Shown here: piece after piece, positions 7,750 to 16,289 of the stretch | Layout of the letters: each line of letters opens with the position of its first letter | Position numbering within the stretch: position 1 is the stretch's first letter | Assembly (NCBI GenBank): GCA_963759785.1 | Contig: CAVXAM010000009.1 | Coordinates: 17,593-81,592 of the forward strand | Length of the DNA: 64,000 nt | Source of the DNA: an uncultured Chloroflexia bacterium | GTDB lineage: Bacteria; Chloroflexota; Dehalococcoidia; Dehalococcoidales; RBG-16-60-22 | Reading direction: 5' to 3' | The notes under the pieces: model-generated | Database searches by the model: none | Told to the model about the DNA's origin: nothing | What the model saw: the letters and a program-made list of their open reading frames with translations, nothing else | Program-made: the position numbers and the translations under genes

Positions 7750-9591
7750 TTATTTTTTCGGCGGCGGACCCGGTGGCGGTCCAAAGGGAGATTGTTGTGG
7801 CGGCCAGAGTTCTTCTGCGATATCCGGCAACCCTAAGTCGATTAGCTTTTGTTTGTTGGGTTTAAGTGTATCTTTTTGCCAGTCCAGGTACCCGAGGCAC
7901 CAGTAAATCTGGTGCTCGATATCGGCAGTGACGCCGGCGAGGGGACCCTCTTTTTGCGGCGGGTCGCCGATTATCCTGGGATGAGGCTTCCAGTTCAATT
8001 CGTTAATGCCTTGGCGCAGGTTAAAAAGGTGTCTTAAAACACCGATTCTTTCACCCGCTTTATTGACATCATCCACGGAATAGTCTAAGCCGGTAACAGC
8101 TTTTAAGAATGCCGCGATTTTGGGCGGTCCGCTCATAAAACCAAAACCAATCATACATAGTCCGGTAGCATTAACCATATGGCTGCTGGCGGCGCCGGGA
8201 CCGAAGCTCTGCGTATGCCGTCCCGGGGTAGCGTCCATTTGATAGCGGGCGGCACCGAACTGTCCCATCATCCCTAGCTTGGGGTCGTGCATTCCGACTT
8301 CCTGCCCGCCGACATGTACCGCGAATTTTTCTGCCCCTTTACCCATTTTCTCCGCCGCTATCTTAACGCCATCGGCTAGAATATCGCCGAAACCTTCCCG
8401 CTTCGCCATCTTCTCGGTCATCGCAATCATCGCCTGATGATTGCCCCACTTCAGTTCAATACCATCGGTGTCTTTTTTCGTGATAATGCCGTTTTCGTAG
8501 CACTCGAAGGCGAAAGCGATAGTCGTGCCGGCAGAAATCGTGTCCAGTCCATAGCGGTTACAGATATCGTTCGCCATATTGATAGCTTCGGTATTGCTGT
8601 TAAGGCACATTGCCCCAAAGGTGCCCTGTGTTTCGTATTCCGGTCGGCGGATGCCTGCCTTGTATTTATATTCTTTACCTTCCTTGAGAATTGCTTTACA
8701 GGCTACGGGACAATGCCAACAGCCGCTTAGTTTTTGCACATACCCCTCTAGAACTTCAGCTTTGAGTCCCTCGACATCCGGCAGGTCTTTAACGCCCACA
8801 CCACCCCAATTTTTTACCGGGGTGTCGCCGCTATGAGCCGAGTTCGCCGTCATCGCCGAAGTGCCGAACTGATGCAGGCTTCCCATACTAAAGGGACCGG
8901 GTCCCGACATCGATTGAATGTGTTCCTTCCTTAACTGCTCGACCTTCGCCTTATCCGCTATCGTGACCGTTTGCGTTCCCCGCGCCACTACCGCCTTAAG
9001 CTTTTTAGACCCCATCACCGCGCCCAGTCCCGAACGCCCTGCCGCCGAACCTTTATCGGTCATGATTGCCGCGATACACGCTAATTTTTCTCCCGCTGGT
9101 CCGATACAGGCGACGCGACTGTTTTTACCGTATTCCGCTTCTAAAGTTTCTTCGGTTTCATAGGCGTCTTTCCCCCAGAGATGGCTGGCGTCTTTAAGTT
9201 CTGCTTTGCCCTCGTCGATAAGGAGATAAACGGGCTTCGGCGAGATGCCGGTAAAGAAAACACCGTCAACACCGGCGAACTTTAGATAAGGTCCAAAAAA
9301 TCCGCCGGAATTAGCGTCGCCCCAGCCGCCGGTAAGCGGCGATTTAGCCAAAGCGGTATAGCGCGCCGCGGATGGCACGGATGTGCCGGTAAAAGGTCCG
9401 GTCATTAATCCTAAAATATTATCCGGACCTAATGGGTCAGACTTAGGCTTCATGCGGTCGTAAAGGAGTCTTGCCCCGATGCCGTATCCCCCGATGTATT
9501 TCTTGTAAAACTCATCATCCAGTTTTTCTTCCTTTATCTTTCCTTTAGTAAGGTCTACCCATAATACTTTACCCATGTAGCCGCTAATCAT
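7750..9591 (-). CDS. aor: aldehyde:ferredoxin oxidoreductase (tungsten AOR family)
   Basis: N-terminal MISGYMGKVLWVDLTKG, about 610 aa, AOR-type Cys region CWHCPVAC; ATG 9591 preceded by GAGG (the TTG at 9606 overlaps the RBS). Confidence 0.9.
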   Translation of the reverse strand: MISGYMGKVLWVDLTKGKIKEEKLDDEFYKKYIGGYGIGARLLYDRMKPKSDPLGPDNILGLMTGPFTGTSVPSAARYTALAKSPLTGGWGDANSGGFFGPYLKFAGVDGVFFTGISPKPVYLLIDEGKAELKDASHLWGKDAYETEETLEAEYGKNSRVACIGPAGEKLACIAAIMTDKGSAAGRSGLGAVMGSKKLKAVVARGTQTVTIADKAKVEQLRKEHIQSMSGPGPFSMGSLHQFGTSAMTANSAHSGDTPVKNWGGVGVKDLPDVEGLKAEVLEGYVQKLSGCWHCPVACKAILKEGKEYKYKAGIRRPEYETQGTFGAMCLNSNTEAINMANDICNRYGLDTISAGTTIAFAFECYENGIITKKDTDGIELKWGNHQAMIAMTEKMAKREGFGDILADGVKIAAEKMGKGAEKFAVHVGGQEVGMHDPKLGMMGQFGAARYQMDATPGRHTQSFGPGAASSHMVNATGLCMIGFGFMSGPPKIAAFLKAVTGLDYSVDDVNKAGERIGVLRHLFNLRQGINELNWKPHPRIIGDPPQKEGPLAGVTADIEHQIYWCLGYLDWQKDTLKPNKQKLIDLGLPDIAEELWPPQQSPFGPPPGPPPKK

Positions 9592-9694
9592 TAAATCACC
9601 TCTCAATGGAAAACTTGCAGATTTATTAAATTGTAGTCTTGTCTCGAGAATAGTGTCAATATGTTACAAATATCATATCGCTTTTAGCGATACG

Positions 9695-9723
9695 TTTACG
9701 AACGATATATCTTGATGTATAAT
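9695..9723 (+). promoter_or_regulatory. sigma70-like promoter (TTTACG-17-TATAAT, TG immediately upstream of -10)
   Basis: Hexamers and spacing read directly, 42 nt upstream of ATG 9765. Confidence 0.4.
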
Positions 9724-9764
9724 GATAAAAAATCATAATTACTTCTTTTCTGGAGGTGTATGAA

Positions 9765-10832
9765 ATGAAATTAACACCTGAAGAACGCAGAAAAATCTAC
9801 GAAGAAGAAAAAGCCAAAGAAGAAAAGGGTAAAAGCGGTGTCCCGTCGGAGGCTACGGTGAACCTCAACCCGAATATCACCGGTGTTCTGTGTTATCTCG
9901 GGATATGGGTTACCGGCATTATCTTTTTCATACTGGAGCAGAAAAATAAGTGGGTACGTTTCCATGCCGCGCAGTCGATAGTGGTCTTCGGGGTATTGAG
10001 CATCGCGAATGTTATCCTGCACTGGATACCCTTTATCGGCTGGGCTTTTTCCGTCATCATCTGGATTGTCGGCATTATCCTCTGGATATTACTAATGAGT
10101 AAAGCGTATAACGGCGAACGTTATAAGCTACCTTTAGCCGGCGACCTCGCCGAGATGATGGTAGGAATCACCTTCAGTACACCGAGTGTTATCATAACAC
10201 CGCCGCCAACTTCTCCTCCGCCGCCTTCCTCACCTCCACGTAGAGCAACAAAAAAAACGCCCCCGGCGGCGCCGGTTGCACCCCCTCCGCCACCCAGGGT
10301 TGCCAGTGTTGCCGAAGAAAAACCCGCGAAAAATAAACGTGAATATATTGAATACAGGCGAGAGGGGAGGATAGTAGCCTCGTCCTTTGCTATCGCCTGG
10401 AGCGTTATTCTATTGGTTGTTTTTAACTTCCTTAATCAGTACATCGCCTATTACACCTATCACGCAGAGACAAAATCCTGGACATGGCAATCGTTTTTTA
10501 CCAGTGACATCAGCGCCTGGCTGCCGATTTTAAACGCAGCGCTGGGAATCTCCATCCTCGGGAATATTATCCTTATCGTCGTTAATAACCGCATCGTCCG
10601 CGACGCCGTTCATGTCTTTACCAATGGATTTAATCTGGCGGCGGTCGTTACCCTGTTAATTATCTTCCCTTTGAACTTCGACGTCATACCCAACAGCGAA
10701 GCCGCCGGCTGGACAGAGCTGGGAGTGAGAATAGGCTTGGCGGTGATTGCGGTTTGCTTCGGGATCAGCCTGCTGGTCAGGGCAATCAGGTTATTAGTGA
10801 ATACTTTAAAAACCGTGACCGGACCAGATTGA
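9765..10832 (+). CDS. membrane protein: DUF4870-like N-terminal module, Pro-rich linker, second multi-TM module
   Basis: GGAGG 8 nt upstream of ATG 9765; GVLCYLGIWVTGIIFFILEQKNKWVRFHAAQS resembles DUF4870; PPPTSPPPPSSPP...PPPPPR linker; 4-5 further hydrophobic helices. Confidence 0.6.
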   Translation: MKLTPEERRKIYEEEKAKEEKGKSGVPSEATVNLNPNITGVLCYLGIWVTGIIFFILEQKNKWVRFHAAQSIVVFGVLSIANVILHWIPFIGWAFSVIIWIVGIILWILLMSKAYNGERYKLPLAGDLAEMMVGITFSTPSVIITPPPTSPPPPSSPPRRATKKTPPAAPVAPPPPPRVASVAEEKPAKNKREYIEYRREGRIVASSFAIAWSVILLVVFNFLNQYIAYYTYHAETKSWTWQSFFTSDISAWLPILNAALGISILGNIILIVVNNRIVRDAVHVFTNGFNLAAVVTLLIIFPLNFDVIPNSEAAGWTELGVRIGLAVIAVCFGISLLVRAIRLLVNTLKTVTGPD

Positions 10833-10868
10833 ATAAGTTGACAGGATGACAAGGCATCCTATATGCTT

Positions 10869-10896
10869 TTGATAAGAAAAGTATCACAAGTATAAT
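10869..10896 (+). promoter_or_regulatory. sigma70-like promoter (TTGATA-16-TATAAT)
   Basis: Read directly; AGGAGG RBS at 10907-10912, ATG 10920. Confidence 0.4.
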
Positions 10897-10919
10897 ATCC
10901 TAATTCAGGAGGCAGAACT

Positions 10920-12350
10920 ATGGCTACTGATGGTAATTACATCCGCGAAAAAGCTAGAGATACGAAAGTCATCCGCCAGTGTGACGTCGTCGTTGTCGGC
11001 GGCGGTCCGGGCGGTATCGGGGCGGCAGTTGCTGCCGCCAGGAATGGGGCAGATACCATCCTTATCGAAAGGTACGGCTACCTCGGCGGTATGGGGACAG
11101 GCGGACTGGTAACGATTATCCCGCAACTGGCCGATTATACCGGCAAGCAGCAAATAGCCGGCATCACCCAGGAATGGATTGACCGCCTGGTTGTCCGCAA
11201 CGCCGTGGATATGCCGAAGAAAGAACACTGGGGCTCGATGGACAAAGAGCTTGTCAGATATTACTTCCAGCGTAGTTTCTTTTACACCCGCCTCGACCGC
11301 GTCAGCTATGCCGCTATCATCGACGCCGAAATTTCCAAGATTATACTTAACGAGATGATGGAAGAAGCTAAAGTTAAAGTCTACTGCCATGCCTGGGGCA
11401 CCGAGCCGATTATGGAAGGCAATCACTGCAAAGGCGTCATTATCGAAAGCAAGTCCGGCCGCCAGGTTATTCTGGCGAAGGTCGTTATCGATTCTACCGG
11501 CGACGGCGACCTGTTCCCCTATGCCAACATCGAGTGCGAAACCGATATTCCGGCGAACTTCCGTATCGCCAACCTGGCGGTGTGTTTCTGGATTGCCGGG
11601 GTCGACTATAAAAAGGTGACGGATTTCCGTACTAACCATATGAAGGAATTCATGGATTTGATGCGACAGGCTCATGAATACGGCGGACAGGGCGGCTTTA
11701 TGACCAGCAACCTGCCCGACCAGGAATCGGTCGTCTGGTTCCATAGCCGCTACCCTAATAAGAGCCAGATAGACGTCGAAGAGCTGACCCGCGTTGAATT
11801 TCTGGGGCACAAAATCGCCGGGAAGACCATCGAGTTTTACCGTAAGAATGTACCGGGTTTCGAAAAGGCGTTCCTTGTCCTCACCGACCCGCAGCTCGGC
11901 ACGCGTTCCAGTCGCCGCATGGTGGGTGAATACTGGCTGACCGAAAAAGACCTGTCGAACAACCAGCCGTTTGAGGACACCATCGCTACCTTCCCCGACC
12001 TCGACCGCGGTAATGATTCGCTCGACCATCCCAATATGTATATCCCCTACCGCGCTTTGCTGCCGAAGAATGTCGATAACTTCCTCGTCGCCTGCCGCGC
12101 TTTCTCCTCCGATAAGCATGTTCAGGATTTCTTCAACCTTATCCCGCACTGTATCGCTTTCGGTGAAGCTGCCGGCACCGCATCTGCAATGGCATTAAGC
12201 GCTGGCGTCGGGATTAAGAAAGTAGACATTAAAGCCTTGCAGAAGCAGCTCGTCAAACAGGGCGTGCCGCTGCCGGACGTCACCAAGAAAGTGGACTATA
12301 AATATACCGGCCCCGCATTAGTCGGTCCCTCTTTTACGCCGCCGCACTAA
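10920..12350 (+). CDS. FAD-dependent oxidoreductase (FAD_oxidored/PF12831-like), paralog A
   Basis: DVVVVGGGPGGIGAAVAAARNGADTILIERYGYLGGMGTGG Rossmann FAD motif; C-terminal IPHCIAFGEAAGTA. Confidence 0.85.
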   Translation: MATDGNYIREKARDTKVIRQCDVVVVGGGPGGIGAAVAAARNGADTILIERYGYLGGMGTGGLVTIIPQLADYTGKQQIAGITQEWIDRLVVRNAVDMPKKEHWGSMDKELVRYYFQRSFFYTRLDRVSYAAIIDAEISKIILNEMMEEAKVKVYCHAWGTEPIMEGNHCKGVIIESKSGRQVILAKVVIDSTGDGDLFPYANIECETDIPANFRIANLAVCFWIAGVDYKKVTDFRTNHMKEFMDLMRQAHEYGGQGGFMTSNLPDQESVVWFHSRYPNKSQIDVEELTRVEFLGHKIAGKTIEFYRKNVPGFEKAFLVLTDPQLGTRSSRRMVGEYWLTEKDLSNNQPFEDTIATFPDLDRGNDSLDHPNMYIPYRALLPKNVDNFLVACRAFSSDKHVQDFFNLIPHCIAFGEAAGTASAMALSAGVGIKKVDIKALQKQLVKQGVPLPDVTKKVDYKYTGPALVGPSFTPPH

Positions 12351-12364
12351 ATATTTATATTATT

Positions 12365-12474
12365 CCTCTCCCTTGAGGGGAGAGGTTAGGTGAGGGTGAG
12401 ATTAAGAACCAAAGATTTATTATACCTTTATAAATTCCCCCTCACCTTGGTCCTCTCCCTCGGTGGGGAGAGGA
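12365..12474. repeat. composite palindromic element: two CCTCTCCC/GGGAGAGG hairpins plus inverted GGTGAGGG/CCCTCACC arms flanking a 36-nt AT-rich core
   Basis: Read directly: CCTCTCCCTTGAGGGGAGAGG TTAGGTGAGGGTGAG ...36 nt... CCCCCTCACCTTGG TCCTCTCCCTCGGTGGGGAGAGGA. Confidence 0.6.
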
Positions 12475-12494
12475 TAAAATATAGTAACCGATCA

Positions 12495-12523
12495 GGGGGT
12501 AGAAAAAATACCCCCTTTTATTT
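12495..12523 (+). terminator. rho-independent terminator between the FAD paralogs
   Basis: GGGGGTA-GAAAAAA-TACCCCC followed by TTTTATTT, directly before the GGAGG RBS of the next gene. Confidence 0.6.
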
Positions 12524-12534
12524 GGAGGTATAAG

Positions 12535-14001
12535 ATGCCGACTTATAAAACCGTTAGAGAACCAGCCCGTGATATTAAAGTCTGGCGGGAGGCTGATGTA
12601 GTAGTGGTGGGTGGGGGACCGGGTGGTGTGGCTTCGGCGATTAGCGCGGCGAGGAACGGCGCTAAGACCGTCCTTATCGAGCGGTACGGTCACCTCGGTG
12701 GCATGGCGACGGGCGGTCTGGTTAACATTATCCCCAACCTTAGTGATATTACTGGCAAACAGCATATTTACGGTTTAACAATGGAGCTTATCGACCGGCT
12801 GGATAAGCGGGGCGGCACTTCCTACACGCCTAAAAAAGACCGCGGTTCAGCCGCCAAAAAAGCGGTGGATTATTACCTCGACGCTAACCTGGGATGGTTT
12901 TACGTGCGTAAAGACCATAACACGGGTCAGCAGCGAGTGCTTTACTCCGCCGTGGTTGACCCCGAAATTCTAAAAGCCGAACTGAATGATATGGTACTGG
13001 GAGCGGGGTCGGAGCTATTGCTTCACTCCTGGGGCACGCAGGTAATCATGAAAAACAACACTGTTAAAGGGGTTTTTTTTGAAAGTAAAAGCGGACGGCA
13101 GGCTATTTTAGGCAAAGTGATTATCGACGCTACCGGCGACGGAGACATGTTCGTCGCGGCGGGGGCTGAATTCGATAACGAATGCGATAACAAACGCCGC
13201 ACCGCCTGGCTGGCTTTAGTCTTGTGGATGACTAACGTCAACTTAAGGAAATTCGATAAGTTTAAAGCCTCCCAGCCTGAAAAATACAAGGAGCTAATGC
13301 AGGAACTGGGCAAGCTCGGCGGTTATCCATTTTTCTTTAAGGGCATCCTGAAAAACCAACCGAATACCGTCTGGTACCACTCGATGCAGCCGCAGCCCCA
13401 GCGTACGGATGCTATGGATGTCGAGCAACTGACAAAAATCGATATTCAGGCTAGAAAACGGGCGATTATCACGCACGACTTTATGAAAAAATACGTGCCG
13501 GGTTTCGAAAAGGCTTTCATCATGCTGACCGCGCCGCAATTAGGCACACAGGGGGGACGAAGGATTAAAGGCGAATACACTTTAACGGAAAAAGACCTGG
13601 AGACGGACGAGATTTTCGAGGATACAATAGCCATCCTCGCCAATAACGACTACGGCGAAATCTCAACCAAACACCCCACCCTCTGCATCCCCTATCGATG
13701 TTTGGTTCCGAAGCGGGTCGATGGGCTATTGGTGGCGGGGCGAGCATTCTCTTCGGCGGATACGATTAACGAGACGTTCAATATCATCCCGCACTGTATT
13801 GCCTATGGTCAGGCGGCGGGTACGGCGGCAGCTTTAGCTATCAAAGCGGGGATAGAGCCGCGTAAAGTGGACTACAAAGCGTTACGTTTCAACCTGGTGA
13901 TGCAGGGAGTAAACCTGCCGAAGACTGAGAAATCGGCGCCGTCAGATATTAAAAACCAGGGCAAAGCAGATTATTACCAGAAGTACCGAAGCCAAGATTA
14001 G
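12535..14001 (+). CDS. FAD-dependent oxidoreductase, paralog B
   Basis: Colinear similarity to 10920-12350 along the whole length (DVVVVGGGPGGVASAISAARNGAKTVLIERYGHLGGMATGG ... IPHCIAYGQAAGTA). Confidence 0.85.
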   Translation: MPTYKTVREPARDIKVWREADVVVVGGGPGGVASAISAARNGAKTVLIERYGHLGGMATGGLVNIIPNLSDITGKQHIYGLTMELIDRLDKRGGTSYTPKKDRGSAAKKAVDYYLDANLGWFYVRKDHNTGQQRVLYSAVVDPEILKAELNDMVLGAGSELLLHSWGTQVIMKNNTVKGVFFESKSGRQAILGKVIIDATGDGDMFVAAGAEFDNECDNKRRTAWLALVLWMTNVNLRKFDKFKASQPEKYKELMQELGKLGGYPFFFKGILKNQPNTVWYHSMQPQPQRTDAMDVEQLTKIDIQARKRAIITHDFMKKYVPGFEKAFIMLTAPQLGTQGGRRIKGEYTLTEKDLETDEIFEDTIAILANNDYGEISTKHPTLCIPYRCLVPKRVDGLLVAGRAFSSADTINETFNIIPHCIAYGQAAGTAAALAIKAGIEPRKVDYKALRFNLVMQGVNLPKTEKSAPSDIKNQGKADYYQKYRSQD

Positions 14002-14002
14002 G

Positions 14003-14626
14003 CTATTTAACCGCCCCTGCCAGCGCCTTCTTCACATAATCGTAACCAAGGTCGAAGGCTTTGATATTTATCTCCCCTACTTTGGCTTTAAAACGACTTA
14101 AAATCGCTTCTTTAGCGAATTTATCCTCGACCGGCATCAGTCCCGTGCCGAATAAGGCCCCTAACATCACCACGTTAGCCGCCTGCAAGCTGCCCGCTTC
14201 TTTAGCCAGTCCGCTGGCGTCTAGCGTAATAATGCGGTCGGTGACTTTCTTCAGTTTCGCCATAATTTCGTCCGGTTTCGGATAACCGCTCTGCCCGAGG
14301 TAAACGGTATAGGGCATGACGGTAGTCGTGTTGAGAACGACTACACTGTTCTTGGCGAGGTACTGGATATTCCTCAAGGCTTCCGATGGCTCGACGGCGA
14401 TAAGGACGTCACACTTGCCTTCCGGGGTCATCGGGGCGATAACGTCGCCGCCCAGTCTCAAATTGCTAAAGACGGAGCCGCCCCGCTGCGCCATCCCCAA
14501 AACCTCCGAGCCCTTGACGTCTACCTTACCCCGTACTGCCGCGTTACCGAGGAGTTCGGATACCAGCACCACACCCTGTCCCCCCACTCCGCAGATGATG
14601 ATGTTAATCTCTTTCTTCGTAGCCAT
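14003..14626 (-). CDS. iorB: indolepyruvate/2-oxoacid:ferredoxin oxidoreductase beta (gamma-like) subunit
   Basis: IIICGVGGQGVVLVSELLGNAA motif, about 200 aa, 1 nt downstream of the IorA-fusion reading frame. Confidence 0.85.
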   Translation of the reverse strand: MATKKEINIIICGVGGQGVVLVSELLGNAAVRGKVDVKGSEVLGMAQRGGSVFSNLRLGGDVIAPMTPEGKCDVLIAVEPSEALRNIQYLAKNSVVVLNTTTVMPYTVYLGQSGYPKPDEIMAKLKKVTDRIITLDASGLAKEAGSLQAANVVMLGALFGTGLMPVEDKFAKEAILSRFKAKVGEINIKAFDLGYDYVKKALAGAVK

Positions 14627-14627
14627 G

Positions 14628-16289
14628 TTACTCTCCTGGTTTTATTGCTTCGAACGGGCAGACCTGGGCGCAGACCCCGCAACCCGGACAGCCGGCAGCG
14701 TCTATCGCGACCTTGCCTTTATCATCCGTAATCAGTGCCGGGCAAGCCAGCATATCGATACATATCTTGCAATCGCACTGGAGGCAGCGGCTGGCTTCCT
14801 TAATCGCCATTTCCTTAGTTAAGCCAGTTTCGACCTCTTTAAAATTGCCCTTTCGTTTAGCGACCGAAAGCGTCGGCATGACCGGTCGGGGTTCCTGGTT
14901 TATACCCCAGGTATCGATAATCAGCTTACTCTCGAAAACCTCTTCGCCTTCGCGTCCGACATTAAGCGGTTCACCTTTAAAGTACTTATCTATCGATTTC
15001 GCGGCTTTACGTCCCGCGGCTAACGCCTGAATGACCGTCGCCGCGCCGGTAACGACATCGCCGCCGGCGAAAACGCCCTTAACGTTAGTCCCCAGCGTCA
15101 CGGCGTCGGCTTTAATAAAGCTTTTTTCCACCACTTTAGATGCCTCGCCGGTCATAAACGAAAGGTCGGGCTCTTCGCCTACCGCGGCGATGATAAGTCC
15201 GGTATCGATAACGAACTCCGAACCTTTAACGGGTACCGGTCGGCGTCGTCCGCTGGCGTCGGGTTCACCCAGCTGCATCTTAATGCACTCAAGTCCGGCA
15301 ACCTTGCCGACCTTAACGACGACTTTATTCGGACCGGAAAGGAGCGTTAATTTCACGCCCTCATCCTCGGCTTCGTTGACCTCTTCAGCGATGGCGGGCA
15401 TCTCGGCGCGGGAGCGGCGGTAAGCGATGGTCACGTTCTTAAAGCCAAGGCGGACGCAGGTACGCGCGCAGTCCACCGCCACATTACCGCCCCCCACCAC
15501 CACCACCTTTTCTTCCGGTTTGATTTTTTCGCCGGTGTTGACTTTATATAGAAACTCCGTTCCGTCGACGACGCCCGCGGTATGTTCGTTTTCGATACCG
15601 AGACTGCGTCCCTTATGCGCGCCGGCAGCGATAAAGACGGCATCGTAGTCCTTCTTCAAATTTTCAAATTTTATATCCTTACCGATGCGGGTGTTGAACT
15701 TAACTTCCACACCCAGCTTTTTAATGTATCCGTTTCTTTGGCGAGGATGTCGCGGGGGAGGCGGAATTCCGGTATACCCACCGCCATCATGCCGCCCAGC
15801 TTAGAGTTCGCTTCATAAATCGTTACTTTATAGCCCATCTTACGCAGGTCATAAGCCGCCATCATACCCGCCGGTCCGCCGCCGACGATAGCCACCTTTT
15901 CTTTCTTGGCGTCGCCTACCGATAAATCATCGGCGTATTTGCCAAAATCAGCCGCGGCGCGCTTTAGAGCGTTAATCGAGATAGCTTCCTCGACTTCACT
16001 GCGTTTGCACTTGGCTTCGCAGGGATCGAGTGCAGATTCTGCCGATAATCGAGGGGAAGGGAAGGGTTTGTTTTATCAGAGCTAAAGCCTCGTCGAACTT
16101 GCCCTGCTTAATCAAGCCGATGTAGCCGCGAATATCGATATGCAGCGGGCAGGTAGCCTGGCAGGCAGGCGGCGCGCCAGCCATACACTTAGCCGGGTCG
16201 ACGACATAAGGGACGATTTTTTCGCCGGTTTTACGCTTTTCGCGCTGGTCGAGAATGCTGCAGAGTCTGCGGGCAACGACGACCGAGGG
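14628..16289 (-). pseudogene. GltD-like NAD(P)H flavoprotein with N-terminal Fe-S region and C-terminal 2x[4Fe-4S] ferredoxin; split into three ORF pieces by single-nt indels and continuous with iorA
   Basis: Pieces 15996-16184, 15671-15895 and 14628-15710. Motifs run across the breaks: GRICT R|PCEAKC (extra base about 16025) and ILAKETD|YIKKLGVEVKFN (missing base about 15728). Also VAIVGGGPAGMMAAYDL, VVVVGGGNVAVDCA, CPGCGVCAQVCP. Confidence 0.75.

Noticed and set aside
10905-12149. 414-aa ORF on the minus strand covering most of the first FAD-oxidoreductase gene
   Set aside because: It is antisense to a gene with an unmistakable FAD Rossmann motif, RBS and promoter. Its translation has no motif and a skewed R/G/A/V composition typical of antisense frames.
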